From Octopus bimaculoides (Eukaryota): a stretch of DNA of 64,000 nt. The stretch covers positions 91,225,722 through 91,289,721 of the forward strand of contig NC_068981.1 of assembly GCF_001194135.2 (NCBI RefSeq), given 5' to 3'. The notes beneath the pieces are model-generated. The model saw only the letters and a list, made by a program, of their open reading frames with translations, did no database searches and was not told the origin of the DNA. Position numbers and translations under genes: made by a program. Of the stretch, positions 12,180-23,888 are shown one piece after another (position 1 is the first letter of the stretch; each line of letters begins with the position of its first letter).

Positions 12180-13305
12180 TAAACTAAGACTTAGATAAAC
12201 TTAGATATGTTTCGACCAAAGATTGTTCCAGGCTATGTCTAAATAGCAATACCTAATAGGATTATCTAAATCCCTTTTATGTCAAGATTTGTGGTATCAT
12301 GGTCCATTTAGTAGGAAGTTCTTGTTGAGTGAGTTGTATCCAGATATAAGTGGCTTATCTGGTATTCCTTGACGAAATTTGTCCACATTCCGTTTAAAGA
12401 TAATGGGATCCTTTTCTTCTTTGATCTGTTTGGGGACATTGTTAAATAGGGCAGGGCCTGTTAAGGAAAAGAAATCATTGGATGAAGTTTGAAGCTAATA
12501 TTGAGGTCGCATCGGCAATGCTGGTGGTATATTCTCCACATCGTGTAACTTATGTATCGCTCACGGCGGTGCTGGAGAGAATAGAGCTTCAATGCTTTAA
12601 GGCGGTCACAATAATCGAGATCAGTCATGCCCTTAATTCTGGGGTGATTCAATTTTCGAGATGTTTTGTTTTGCATGGGGAGACCACAGGGGGCAGCAGT
12701 ATTTGAGGTGTCTATATAGATTATAAAGAGGAGCATGCCCAAGACAGTCCCTCGAAGGACACCACTGGTGACTTTGCTGGGTTTGAGTGGACTTCACCGA
12801 TCACATGTTGTGTTCTGTTCTCCAGGGAATACTCAATCCAGTGTTGAAGTTTTCCACGAATTCCAACACTTGACAGTTTTGACAGCAAGATATTATGATC
12901 AACTCTGTTGATCACTTTACTGAAGTCAAGGTACATGACATCAGAGTTTGAACCTGTTCCCAAGGCTTCAAGGATGTCATCGATGTAGCATAAGAGCCGT
13001 GTTAGACTGTTCCTGTCGCAGCGAAAGCCATGCTGGTTTGAATTTAGCAGTTTGTTGCTCTCCAGGAAGCCAGCTATCCGTGATGTTACCACCCCTTCAA
13101 ACACTTTAATCATATGGAAGGTGAGTGAGATTGGGCGATATTTGACTGCGCGGGATCTGTTTCTCTGATTGAAAACCGGGATGACAGACTGGGATAAGTG
13201 CTGTTTCGGTATATAACCTGAGTCAAAAGAATTTCTCCAGATGTTGGTCAGAGGGACAGCAAGCTGGTGTCTACATTCCTTCAAGAGACTAGCGGGGGGA
13301 TCATG
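12180..13305 (-). mobile_element. 5'-truncated CR1-like LINE (RT pseudogene plus 3' end)
   Basis: YRPISLT, QHGFR, YLDFSKV..RVDHNILLSKL, LDYCDRLKALKLYSLQHRRERY, GPALFNNVPK. Confidence 0.85.
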
Positions 13306-13732
13306 TCCACATGTGACCAAATATTTGCTACGTTTTTGGTCCCCCTGAGTTTACTGATAGGACTTGCTTTCTATATTGTGTTTATGAATAAGCTTTTTAT
13401 CTCTCTATACTTTTTACTTAGATTTCTTATATATTTTTTAAATATTTTTACTGATAGGACTTTACTGATAAGATTTGCTCTCTATATTGTGTCTATGTAT
13501 AAGCTTTTTATCCTTCTATATTTTTTACTTGGGTTTTTAATATTTTTTTATATATTTTTTATATTTTTTATATATTTTTTTATATTTTAAAAATATTTTT
13601 TACATAATTATAGAGTTAATGTTTTGTATTCTTCCCACAGATATTTTTTTCCTGTTTTCTCCCCTCCACCCTGTTTTTTTCCTGTGCGTCTATAGACATA
13701 TACATGGAACCTTATGTGTGCGCTTCCATACT

Positions 13733-13795
13733 CCCTTACTTTTACCCCTCCCCTTACTTTTACCCCTACCCTTACTTTTACCCCTCCCCTTACTT
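13733..13795. repeat. 18-bp tandem repeat, ~3.5 copies
   Basis: Unit cccttacttttacccctc. Confidence 0.9.
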
Positions 13796-13883
13796 AGCGG
13801 TCTATAGCTCTTTTGTCTTAATGACAGTCAACCACACAGTAATTTCCCTTTGTTTAATGGTAATTTTTCACAGGAATTTTCAA

Positions 13884-13957
13884 TGGCCGGATAACTGAAG
13901 AGATGTTGGCGTGGGTTCCCACCCCGGCATCCGAAACTCGGAGTCTTATCATGGCTA
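13884..13957 (+). ncRNA. Candidate minimal type I hammerhead ribozyme
   Basis: gataa-CTGAAGA-GATGTTGG..CCGGCATC-C-GAAA-CTCGGAG-TC-ttatc: core boxes in order with pairable stems I and II. Confidence 0.55.
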
Positions 13958-14063
13958 CCGAATAAGTGTCACATATTTTTACAGATAAATTCCACTATTT
14001 ACATAATATCGAGGTCTCTTTCTTTCTTTTGTTGTCCTTCCTATCAATATATATATATATATA

Positions 14064-14273
14064 NNNNNNNNNNNNNNNNNNNNNNNNNNNNNNNNNNNNN
14101 NNNNNNNNNNNNNNNNNNNNNNNNNNNNNNNNNNNNNNNNNNNNNNNNNNNNNNNNNNNNNNNNNNNNNNNNNNNNNNNNNNNNNNNNNNNNNNNNNNNN
14201 NNNNNNNNNNNNNNNNNNNNNNNNNNNNNNNNNNNNNNNNNNNNNNNNNNNNNNNNNNNNNNNNNNNNNNNNN
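14064..14273. other. Assembly gap; other gaps at 18717-19686, 37462-37471, 38904-38913, 41797-41873, 51109-51878, 53350-53721, 55261-55270, 56089-56156, 61067-61254
   Basis: N runs, mostly at microsatellites; ORFs containing X are artefacts. Confidence 0.98.
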
Positions 14274-14774
14274 ATATATATAAAACGGTGCTATTCGTGC
14301 CTGGACACAGCCTTTGCACTGAAAACCGGTTAATATAAAATACTGAAAATGCATTTATAACAGGCACCTTATTCTAGCTTAGCTATATAGTCTGTTAATA
14401 ATTTATATCGTATTGACATTCTGTCTGCTTGGACAATCTATCTTGTTAGGCAAATTTCGAAATTTCTTTCCTGTGCAGAAATTACTGCATATCTGTAACT
14501 AAATATTTTTATTAGTATAAGCTAAAATCTGTTATGAATGTTGGACATTGAAGGCATTTTCCCTTACTTGCTATGTAATAGTTTATTTGTGATTTACACA
14601 CCTACCACAGAAAGATCTCTGACTGATGCCACTGAAAGATTTATTGTAAAACGAACTTTGAATCGTAGGGTAGAAGTACACAGGTACTTTCCTATTATTT
14701 ATTCTCATGATTCTAAACTCACAAACAGGAACTATACTTTTGGTTGTGGCTACTGCAATATTAAGATTTATCTA

Positions 14775-14992
14775 AGTAACTTTGGTTTCAAATTTTGGCA
14801 AAAAGCCAGCAAATTCGGGGGTGAGGTAAGTCGATTACATAGACACCAGTGTTCAACTGGTACTTATTTAATCGACCCCGTGAAAATGAGAGGCAAACTC
14901 GACCTCGGCGGAATATGAACTCCGAACGTAAAAACTTATGAAACGCTACTACCCATTTTGTCCGTCGTGTTGACAATTCTGCCAGCTCATCC
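14775..14992 (-). mobile_element. SINE family B
   Basis: gtaagtcgattacatagacaccagtgttcaactggtacttatt...aggcaaactcgacctcggcggaatatgaac...ctgccagctc. Confidence 0.85.
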
Positions 14993-15559
14993 AAGCCGTC
15001 GTTTCCTTGGGGTCTTATGCCAACAGGTTTAGATTTCGCTTTCTCGAACATATACATTTTGGCGAACAAGAAAATTTGAAGCTTCCTGAAAAAATTTCTT
15101 ATATCATTTGATAAAACCACATTTAGCTGAGTTGCTACTTCAGTAAAATTTTAGAGAGCAGAATTTGCGCAGAAAAAAAAATGTTCCTACTGAAGGAAGT
15201 GCTTCATAGGGGCAGAGAAGATATACAGTATAAGAATGATAATCACAAAGAGACTATTATTTTGTTCAAGGTGACAAAACACATAAATTGCACCCCCCGA
15301 CACTCACCAGTGCAAGCGAAAAAGGAAATAAATGAATAAATACCATTTCAATATTGAGGCAAACCGAATCTAAACCATCATGTTCAGTAAGCAGTATACT
15401 ACTGAGAATATATGATAACTTTTACATATTACACAAGTATCACTACACGTGCAATTAAGAATACCACACTTGCCTTCCTGTCTAGTATACCAATATACTG
15501 ACAAAACTATCTCCTTATGTTTTCTGATCGCATTGTTTTACCTGCATCGGTCACATTCT

Positions 15560-16130
15560 GTCACATCAGACTTTTGCTGATGAGTCTTTGTCGCAACCAC
15601 ACTCTATCAATTCCAGAGTATTTCAGGATTTGGTTTCCTGTCCCTATTATGTTCTCTTCTACATCAGAGGTCTATATACTGTCAACTTCAACAATGTTCA
15701 TTCACAGGCAGGTTATACCACACTTCACACATCCTTAGCTCCAGTATTTTATTCTTCAACCGCATGTAATCTAATTTCTTCTGATCGAATTTCTTCTGAT
15801 CGAATCTGCATTTCTTCTGTGATTAGAAACCCCAAAGTCTTCATACTATTGGGGTTATGCCAATCTGATTTCTTTCAGCATTAAAAATGTGACACCCATA
15901 CACGCATGTCAAGAAGACATTTTTCCAACTAATTCCCACCCCTGAATAGTATGCCATTAGAACTCTTGAGATAATTTCAAATACTTTCGCTCACTATCAC
16001 TGGGAGTCTGTGATGATGAACTCGCAAACTGTTCATAGCAAATGCTGCATTTCAGTGACTGTCTTCTCTGACCCCCAGCAAAAAACATAGAATGAAGCAA
16101 TGCTCCCCGATATAGAAGAACCAGTCCTTT
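15560..16130 (-). mobile_element. Very degenerate LINE remnant, possibly RTE-clade RT C-terminus
   Basis: Only loose motif remnants (FFYIG, DVEE..G); many stops and frameshifts. Confidence 0.25.
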
Positions 16131-16429
16131 CACTTGCTTGGTATGAATTCACTTACAAACGCTCATCTACAGACGTATTTTCTTGCTTTTATCGCTGCTA
16201 TTTCTACTGCAGTGGAATTTGATTTTCAGAGTTTATTTGTAATAAGGATATTTGTAGAGAGGGCCACTGCTCATTCCTTCGCAGAGCACCCGTATCGGTG
16301 ATACTGAAACCATTAAGACTTCAGCTGTTATTATTTCGGTTAATACCTATACAAATAACGTTAAAACAAATAGTTAGATATGGTCGAATTACTAAGGAGA
16401 AAGGTGTGCAATAGGGAATTAGTACGGGT

Positions 16430-17480
16430 GTCTATGTATTTGGTCATAGCTTGCATAATGAGATTGGAAGAGCAGAATGAGTGGTGAGTGCTTGGATGTA
16501 GTTGGCACGAAACGTGCAGTTTTTGAGATTCTGAGGCCATTCTAGTAACGGTTGAAAAGGTAGAGACAGGAGACGATACAGCTATATGCCAACAGGTGTA
16601 GGATATCTGTAAATGATTTTTATGTCAATTATTCGAGTAATCTTTCTATGGAAGTGATCTAGAATAATTATGCGTGAAGTAGCAGAACTGTCCCAATTGA
16701 AGCAATAATCCATTATGTGTGTGTTTCACTCATGCTTTGTAGAATGTTTGCAGCTGGTGGCGATTGAAGTTCATTTTAGTCTGGAAGAAAGAGAAGAGCC
16801 GGTGTTTGCAATGTGTTAGTAGCTATGCTAGGTTTTGTAATTTCGCCAATAGTTATCATCGGCGGTAGCTTGCCCTAACATTGAGCTGGTTCAAGCTGAG
16901 GGTTACTCTTAGCTAAAGTTTGTTATGCGATGAAATTTGCTTAATGTGAATAATGCTTGAATTTTGTTTTTGTCGCTGGAAAATGCTTTTAATATCTCTA
17001 GCTATGGAGTTAGCACGTGCCATCTAGGTTTCATGAACATGATGTGTGTTTGGGGAAAATCACCAGAAAAACGATAGTGTTATATAATTCAGATTTAACC
17101 CTACTCAAACTTGATAGAGCGTGTTGAGAGAAATTCTTCAAGCACATACACCACAATAATGCAGTTTCATAGGAAGCTACTGTTCTAAGCAATACGAAAT
17201 AGACAGATCCCAATTGACAAGACATTTCGAAAGAGATTAGTGTGTCAGAATCAAAAGCTTTGATAATATCTAAAGTAAAATTGCATTCATCGAATTTCCA
17301 TAAGGAAAGAGCCGAGTGGTTAGTGATACAGGGGAGTAAGCCTCTAGTCGATTAGACACTATGGGAGTCATACTTGTAGTCGTGAGCTCGAACAAACTCA
17401 ATGTGTTTAAAAATAACATGCAAATATATTGGAAAATTAGGAGTGACTTGAACGGGCATGCGAGTCGTAAAAAGACCAAA
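16430..17480 (-). mobile_element. Degenerate CR1/L2-like LINE RT remnant
   Basis: LDIIKAFDS; LQTFYKA..MDYC; ILDHFHRKITRII (resembles LYK..VRP.MEYC and LD.IQR...RII). Confidence 0.5.
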
Positions 17481-17938
17481 CGGCTATATTATTTAGAATC
17501 ACTTATCTAAATTAAGGTATAGCAATTATTGGCATTGAGCGCGCTCACACACACACTCACACACATGCGTGTGCAAACACAAATCACAGACGTGCTGTAG
17601 CCTTGAGTTGACATTAATAGTCATCAAAACCAAGAAGGCGAACGATATAAAAGAAGGTAAAACCCAGGGCAGAAGAAGCCATTAAATTCACCATTTCGTC
17701 CCATCTGTCCAACTTCAGAACAATGTGTGTAGATACACAAATACTCCTAGACGCGCGCACACACGTGCACTCCCCCACACATACCTATATATAGATACAT
17801 ATCAATACCCATAGACATGCACTTAGAAACCACATATACCAATATATATATAATAAAGTAAAGTTGTGGAATACCGTACGAGTGGAAATATATATGAAAG
17901 AAGGTTTGAAAATGCACTTATTTTAAAGATATTTATTT

Positions 17939-17982
17939 ACTTAACCAGTTTCACTTTTTTAGAAAAAGATTATCAAAAGTCT
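17939..17982 (-). ncRNA. Candidate minimal hammerhead, U3-A8 core variant
   Basis: RC gactt-TTGATAA-tctttttctaaaaaagt-GAAA-CTGG-TT-aagt. Confidence 0.35.
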
Positions 17983-20229
17983 TTGAGAATAATAAAAAAT
18001 GTTAAAAAACAGTTTGAGTATTAAAATGCATATATACATTCTTTGATGATAATAAGAGGAATATATTTAAAGTATAAAGCTTTGTATGAACTTTGTAGTG
18101 TTACATACTGATTATCACACATTCTCTGATAATAAGATGAAAATGTTTAAAACAGTGTAAGTATGAAAATACATATATGGAAAAATACATATACATATTC
18201 TTTGATAATCGCGAAAAGTTGAGGAGGAACTGACCTGGCTTTTTTCTCTTGTGTGTATTGAGGGAATGTTTTGCTGTCTTAAGAGACAGTATGACTGGTT
18301 AGCTGGGGTGGGAGGAAGGAAGAATTAAAAGGGATTTTTTAATTTTATTTTTATTTTTATTTTTGGTTGGTCTGTGAGCTAGTCTGTCATAGTTCACTGG
18401 TTTTTGGGACTGATTTGGTGCACATCTCTATGTGTGTGTGTGTGTATATGTGTGTTTGTGCCGTTTTTATTGGTCCCAGAGTTTATTGTGGAATGTGTAT
18501 ATGAGTGTGTGTTTGTGTGTTTTTTGTGTCGGTGGGGATGTTAGGTGTGTGTACTTGAGAGTGTGCGTATATCTCTTTGTCTGAGTATGTATGTGTTGTT
18601 TTAATCGTCCTTGTGGTGTGTGTGTGTGTGAGAGCAACCGTATGTATGTGTGAGGGTGTGTACGTATGTGTGCGTATGTGTGTGTATGTATGTGTGCATC
18701 TGTGTGTTTGCGTGGGNNNNNNNNNNNNNNNNNNNNNNNNNNNNNNNNNNNNNNNNNNNNNNNNNNNNNNNNNNNNNNNNNNNNNNNNNNNNNNNNNNNN
18801 NNNNNNNNNNNNNNNNNNNNNNNNNNNNNNNNNNNNNNNNNNNNNNNNNNNNNNNNNNNNNNNNNNNNNNNNNNNNNNNNNNNNNNNNNNNNNNNNNNNN
18901 NNNNNNNNNNNNNNNNNNNNNNNNNNNNNNNNNNNNNNNNNNNNNNNNNNNNNNNNNNNNNNNNNNNNNNNNNNNNNNNNNNNNNNNNNNNNNNNNNNNN
19001 NNNNNNNNNNNNNNNNNNNNNNNNNNNNNNNNNNNNNNNNNNNNNNNNNNNNNNNNNNNNNNNNNNNNNNNNNNNNNNNNNNNNNNNNNNNNNNNNNNNN
19101 NNNNNNNNNNNNNNNNNNNNNNNNNNNNNNNNNNNNNNNNNNNNNNNNNNNNNNNNNNNNNNNNNNNNNNNNNNNNNNNNNNNNNNNNNNNNNNNNNNNN
19201 NNNNNNNNNNNNNNNNNNNNNNNNNNNNNNNNNNNNNNNNNNNNNNNNNNNNNNNNNNNNNNNNNNNNNNNNNNNNNNNNNNNNNNNNNNNNNNNNNNNN
19301 NNNNNNNNNNNNNNNNNNNNNNNNNNNNNNNNNNNNNNNNNNNNNNNNNNNNNNNNNNNNNNNNNNNNNNNNNNNNNNNNNNNNNNNNNNNNNNNNNNNN
19401 NNNNNNNNNNNNNNNNNNNNNNNNNNNNNNNNNNNNNNNNNNNNNNNNNNNNNNNNNNNNNNNNNNNNNNNNNNNNNNNNNNNNNNNNNNNNNNNNNNNN
19501 NNNNNNNNNNNNNNNNNNNNNNNNNNNNNNNNNNNNNNNNNNNNNNNNNNNNNNNNNNNNNNNNNNNNNNNNNNNNNNNNNNNNNNNNNNNNNNNNNNNN
19601 NNNNNNNNNNNNNNNNNNNNNNNNNNNNNNNNNNNNNNNNNNNNNNNNNNNNNNNNNNNNNNNNNNNNNNNNNNNNNNNNNNNNNNGTGTGTATATGTGT
19701 GTTTGTGCCGTTTTTATTGGTCCCAGAGTTTATTGTGGAATGTGTATATGAGTGTGTGTTTGTGTGAGTGCGTCTATGTGGCTTGTATTTGTCGGGGAGG
19801 TGTGTCATTGTGTGTGCATGCTTCTATGCATGTGTGCTTGTGAGTGTTTGTTGTGATTGTTGGGATTGTATTGCCTGTGTTTTTCTTTTGAGTGTGTGTG
19901 TGACATTTTTACTGGGGAACGGGCGTATGGTGTTTGTATGTGTGTGTACATATGTATGCAAATATGCGTGTGTGAATATGATTTGTGGTTGCCGGAGTGG
20001 TGTGTAGGTGTGTGCATGTACCTGTTTACTTATGTGTGTATGGGTGTTGGTTGTGGTTGCTACAATCGTATTGTAAGTGTATATATGCATGTGTTCTTTC
20101 TTGAAATGAATGTGGGTTTGTGCTCTAGTGTGGAGATATTGTGATTGTGTGTGTGTGTATATATGTGTGTAAGTGTGTTCGTGTCGGAGGTTTGCATTGT
20201 ATTGGTGTGTGTGTGATTTTGCGTATCTG

Positions 20230-20545
20230 TGTGTCTTTGTTTGGGGTGTGCACCTGGGGAGGGGGCTTATGTTAGAGTACGTTGAGCTGTGGTCTGTATT
20301 TTTGAATAAGATTATTTTCCCTATTTATTCGTGTTTGTTCAGTGGTGTTGTCTGAGCATTGGTATAATGGGAAAACTAGGAATTTGGGGGACTTGTTTTG
20401 TGCACAGAGATCTAAGTGCCCACTGAGTGGTATCTGTCTTGTGGTGGGATCCCTCAATTGTTGGCGGTGGACTGTCATCTTTCTCTGAGAGTTAGGCTCG
20501 TTTGCCCTATGTATTCTTTGTGACACCCTTCACCCCTTATGGCAT
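20230..20545 (-). pseudogene. Penelope GIY-YIG endonuclease remnant
   Basis: YAIRGEGCHKEYIGQTSLTLRER (frameshift) TVHRQQLRD..LSGHLDLCAQ..FLVFPLYQ..RENNLIQKYRPQLN. Confidence 0.8.
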
Positions 20546-20574
20546 AAAATAAATATATATATATATATATATGT

Positions 20575-21260
20575 GTGTGTATAAACGAATGGGAGACAAA
20601 CTGAAGGTCCGTAATTCTTCATCAGTTATCGACCAAGTGTTAATCTTCAGTTTCGCACCTATAACGATAAGGCTGAGCGCTTTCTAATTGGCGGAAGTTT
20701 TCTTGCGGAGAAATAGGGACAAGAGCAAACAAAGCATAAACAAAACAAGAAAAACTACACAGAGTGTGATTTAGGAGGGTAGACGACGACGAACAGTCGA
20801 ATAAAATACGGACTTGGGGCTAAGGAGACAAGAATAGTAGGTAGCGCTTAGAAAATGTCTTGTAGTATGGTGAAAGGAGAGACAGAGAAATAGCGACTGT
20901 TCAGCTACACGATCAGTGTAAGAAAGGAAGAAAAAGGGGAACTGGCCGCTGGTCGCATGACAGCAACAGACAGAGGAGAAAGACAGGAAGAAGAGGGAGC
21001 AACAAAGAAAAAAAGGGTATGGGATGAAGGGGAAGGAGAAAGGCTAGGGAAACAAGAGGGAAACAGAGAGTCACACGGGTATATAAAAAATTACTTGTTA
21101 ATGCAAATTATTGTGTGTTGCGCTCCATTACTTGTCTGAATATTGCCAATTGGTCGATAACTGATGAGGAATTATGAACCTTCTGTTTGTCTTCCGTTTG
21201 TTTCTACATTCAGTATACGTTACCTCGCTTATTTATACATTTTTTCATTTATCAAGTAAT
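20575..21260. repeat. Two oppositely oriented related terminal repeats (probably Penelope pseudo-LTRs)
   Basis: ggtcgataactgatga(a/g)gaatta.g.accttc.gtttgtc on minus (~20590-20636) and on plus (~21152-21200). Confidence 0.55.
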
Positions 21261-21567
21261 GGAACGCAACACACATCGAACTTTTATATATATATATATA
21301 TATATGCACATATACATACCTACATATATACACAGTCATAAATATACACTTACCCAAAATATATGTTATATGAAATAAAAGATGCACACAAGGAGAACGT
21401 AGATTAAATGCAGGGGGGGGGGGGTAGGAAGTCATATTAGATATTCCCACAGTTAAAAAGATCGAACGAATTTGACTAGTTATTGAATATAGAGGTTACA
21501 AAGAAATATGCGGATACATATCCAGGAGAGCAATGGCACAATGTGATATTTCACTTTAAATGATATT

Positions 21568-22713
21568 TAAATAAAACGAGCATACTGAACTACGTTACAA
21601 AGTGTGGTTAAACAGAAACTAAGAATTTAACAATAAGTTGTAAGTATTTGAAGCCTTTTGGATAACAGGTTTAATTTATAAATATGTGCTCCTGAGTTCA
21701 CTACATATGTTAGGGCTGGATATTACTTGAATATTTACGTACTTCCCATATCTAATCGCAGCACCGTTTATACCCGTACCTATCATTTGAATAGGGTAAT
21801 GCATATTTTATTATTATTTTAGGTAACCTGGAATGGGATTTTTTTTAGCCTTTGAATTACGAGTTTTTTTCTGCAAGTGATGTAATCTTAGCCTTACTAC
21901 ATTTATGAAAAGTTTAAGAATTAGGTAGAATTTGAACTGTTGTAGGTAAATTTGGTTAGATTAGTCGTTACATCATATCTATAGGTATTAGTTTTAGTAA
22001 AGCAAAAATTATTGATAGGACATAGAAGTTTGTATCTACAATAACATAATTTAGTAGTCATATTGACATTAGTATTCTCAGTGTTATTCGTAGAGAGTGG
22101 TAAATATTTTAAAACCCTATAGTATTCCTCGTATTATCTAGGGATATGAAATAGCACTACCGTTACAATAGCGATAGTTAATAGCGTTACCTAGATTATT
22201 AATAGCTACATGATCATCATTTATATTTAAAAGTTCGTAGGTGTTATCAAGATTGATTCTACCATTATTAGCGTTAAAGTTGATGATATCATCCATAGCT
22301 GTAGTAGCCTCTATGGAGTCATATGCCAAATAAATAGAGATGACTGTAGTAGCCAAGCAGTCAAAAATAGCAGCTATGATACTGTCCGTCACCTCTACAT
22401 ACATTACCTCTATATGTGTAACAGTACTGGCCGTCCAAGTTACAGCAATAGTGTTAGCAGTGGCTATAACAACAGGAACATTGCCATATTCAAACGATAG
22501 GTATGAGTGTAGTTACAGGAAATACTTAAATGTTCGGGTAATATCCTTAATATACGTAGTGAACTTAGGATCAAATTTTCACACTACATTAGGAACACAT
22601 TTTCATAATTCAAACTTCTTATATTAGTTTCAAATATTTACAACTTATTTTGAACCCTTTACTTTCCGTTTAACCATATTTTGTAACGTAGTTCAGCATA
22701 CTCGTTTCATTTA
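21568..22713. mobile_element. Non-autonomous foldback element with long imperfect TIRs (~230 bp)
   Basis: Left taaataaaacgagcatactgaactacgttacaaag..tacctatcatttgaata matches RC of right taaatgaaacgagtatgctgaactacgttacaaaa..tacctatcgtttgaata; no TSD resolved. Confidence 0.75.
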
Positions 22714-23888
22714 TACCACTTGCTGTCATTGACAACATTAAGAATTCATGAGAAAAATATGCACTCGTGTATACCTACTACATATGTATGTGTGCATGCG
22801 TGTGTGTTAGTGTGTATGTGCGTGTGTAAGTGTATGTATACGTGTGTGAGTGAGTGTGTGTGTGTGTTTGTGAAAGCTGATTTCTGGACAAATGACTTTA
22901 TATTCCAATTTAAAGAATCCAGGGACAAATTTTCTATGCTAAGTAAATATCTTAAAAAAAACCAAACTTTCTATACTATTTCTCAAATTTGTGTTACTTC
23001 TGGAGACTGGGTTTATGAAGAACATGATGTATTTATTGTTTCTGACAACATCTATGGTTTCTGGATGCACTTTAGCTAGTTTTTGTCACGAATGGCAATA
23101 AATTCAATGTACATTATAACTTTTTTTGTCTTTATTCCCATAATGAACTCTAAATAAACTGTGTAAAAAACATGTTTGTTTTTCTAATCAATCAATTTGC
23201 GATACTGAATTTATGGCAGAATATTCTTTTCAACAATATTTTCCTGAAGAAAAATTTTGTTTGAAACCAAAATATTATTTTTAATCGACCTCGTCGTGAT
23301 TTGTAAAAGAAACGTTTAATTTAAATGAAAGGAGAAAGTATATTTTTGGAAGGTTGAAAAGCAAAACTGATCCGAATGTGTGTTCTGTAAATGGAGGAGT
23401 CTTCTCTTTTTGCACACTCAACACTTCTAGCATAAGGAAATATTCATTGATTACTAAACTGTCACAGACATGTGAAGATGCATGAATGTAAGCGAGCGAG
23501 TTGAATATTAGGAGTTATTCAATTGAAAGCTCACGAATGAAAGATATGCCTAACAGGATGAGATTTTAATGTGTCTTGAACTAACATTTGTGGAGAGATA
23601 GACGTTTAGATAGCTTCGCAACATCAATGGTCATTCAACATCCCCAGACAGTTTCATGTAAGGAAAACCTTATCATATGATGTTGCATTTGTGACATCAT
23701 ATTCCTATACATTTTTGTTTCTTAACTGATACTCAATTACAGCTTGATGAATCGAAAAAGCTTTCCTCACTACCATTAATCTCACCTGGTATGAAAATTC
23801 AATTAGATTTATGCTTTTTTCTATTTCAATCTCTCAACCTCTTTCAGTCTCTCTTTCTCTCAGTATCATCACCTATATATATATATAG

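Larger units (their letters stand above)
13340..14045 (+). mobile_element. Penelope-type terminal (pseudo-LTR) repeat, family shared with 44470-45095
   Basis: Reverse-complement similarity to 44470-45095 at both ends; hammerhead-like motif; ends in (TA)n at a gap. Penelope assignment is inference. Confidence 0.55.
17890..20550 (-). mobile_element. 3' portion of a Penelope-like element: GIY-YIG, long CA-rich spacer, terminal repeat
   Basis: GIY-YIG remnant at 20230-20545; (CA)-rich degenerate tract spanning a gap; terminal block shared with 24481-24700. Confidence 0.65.

Noticed and set aside
18483-19843. Long ORFs of 360-440 aa, and similar ones at 51076-51967 and 53298-53772
   Set aside because: Made of N-gap translation.
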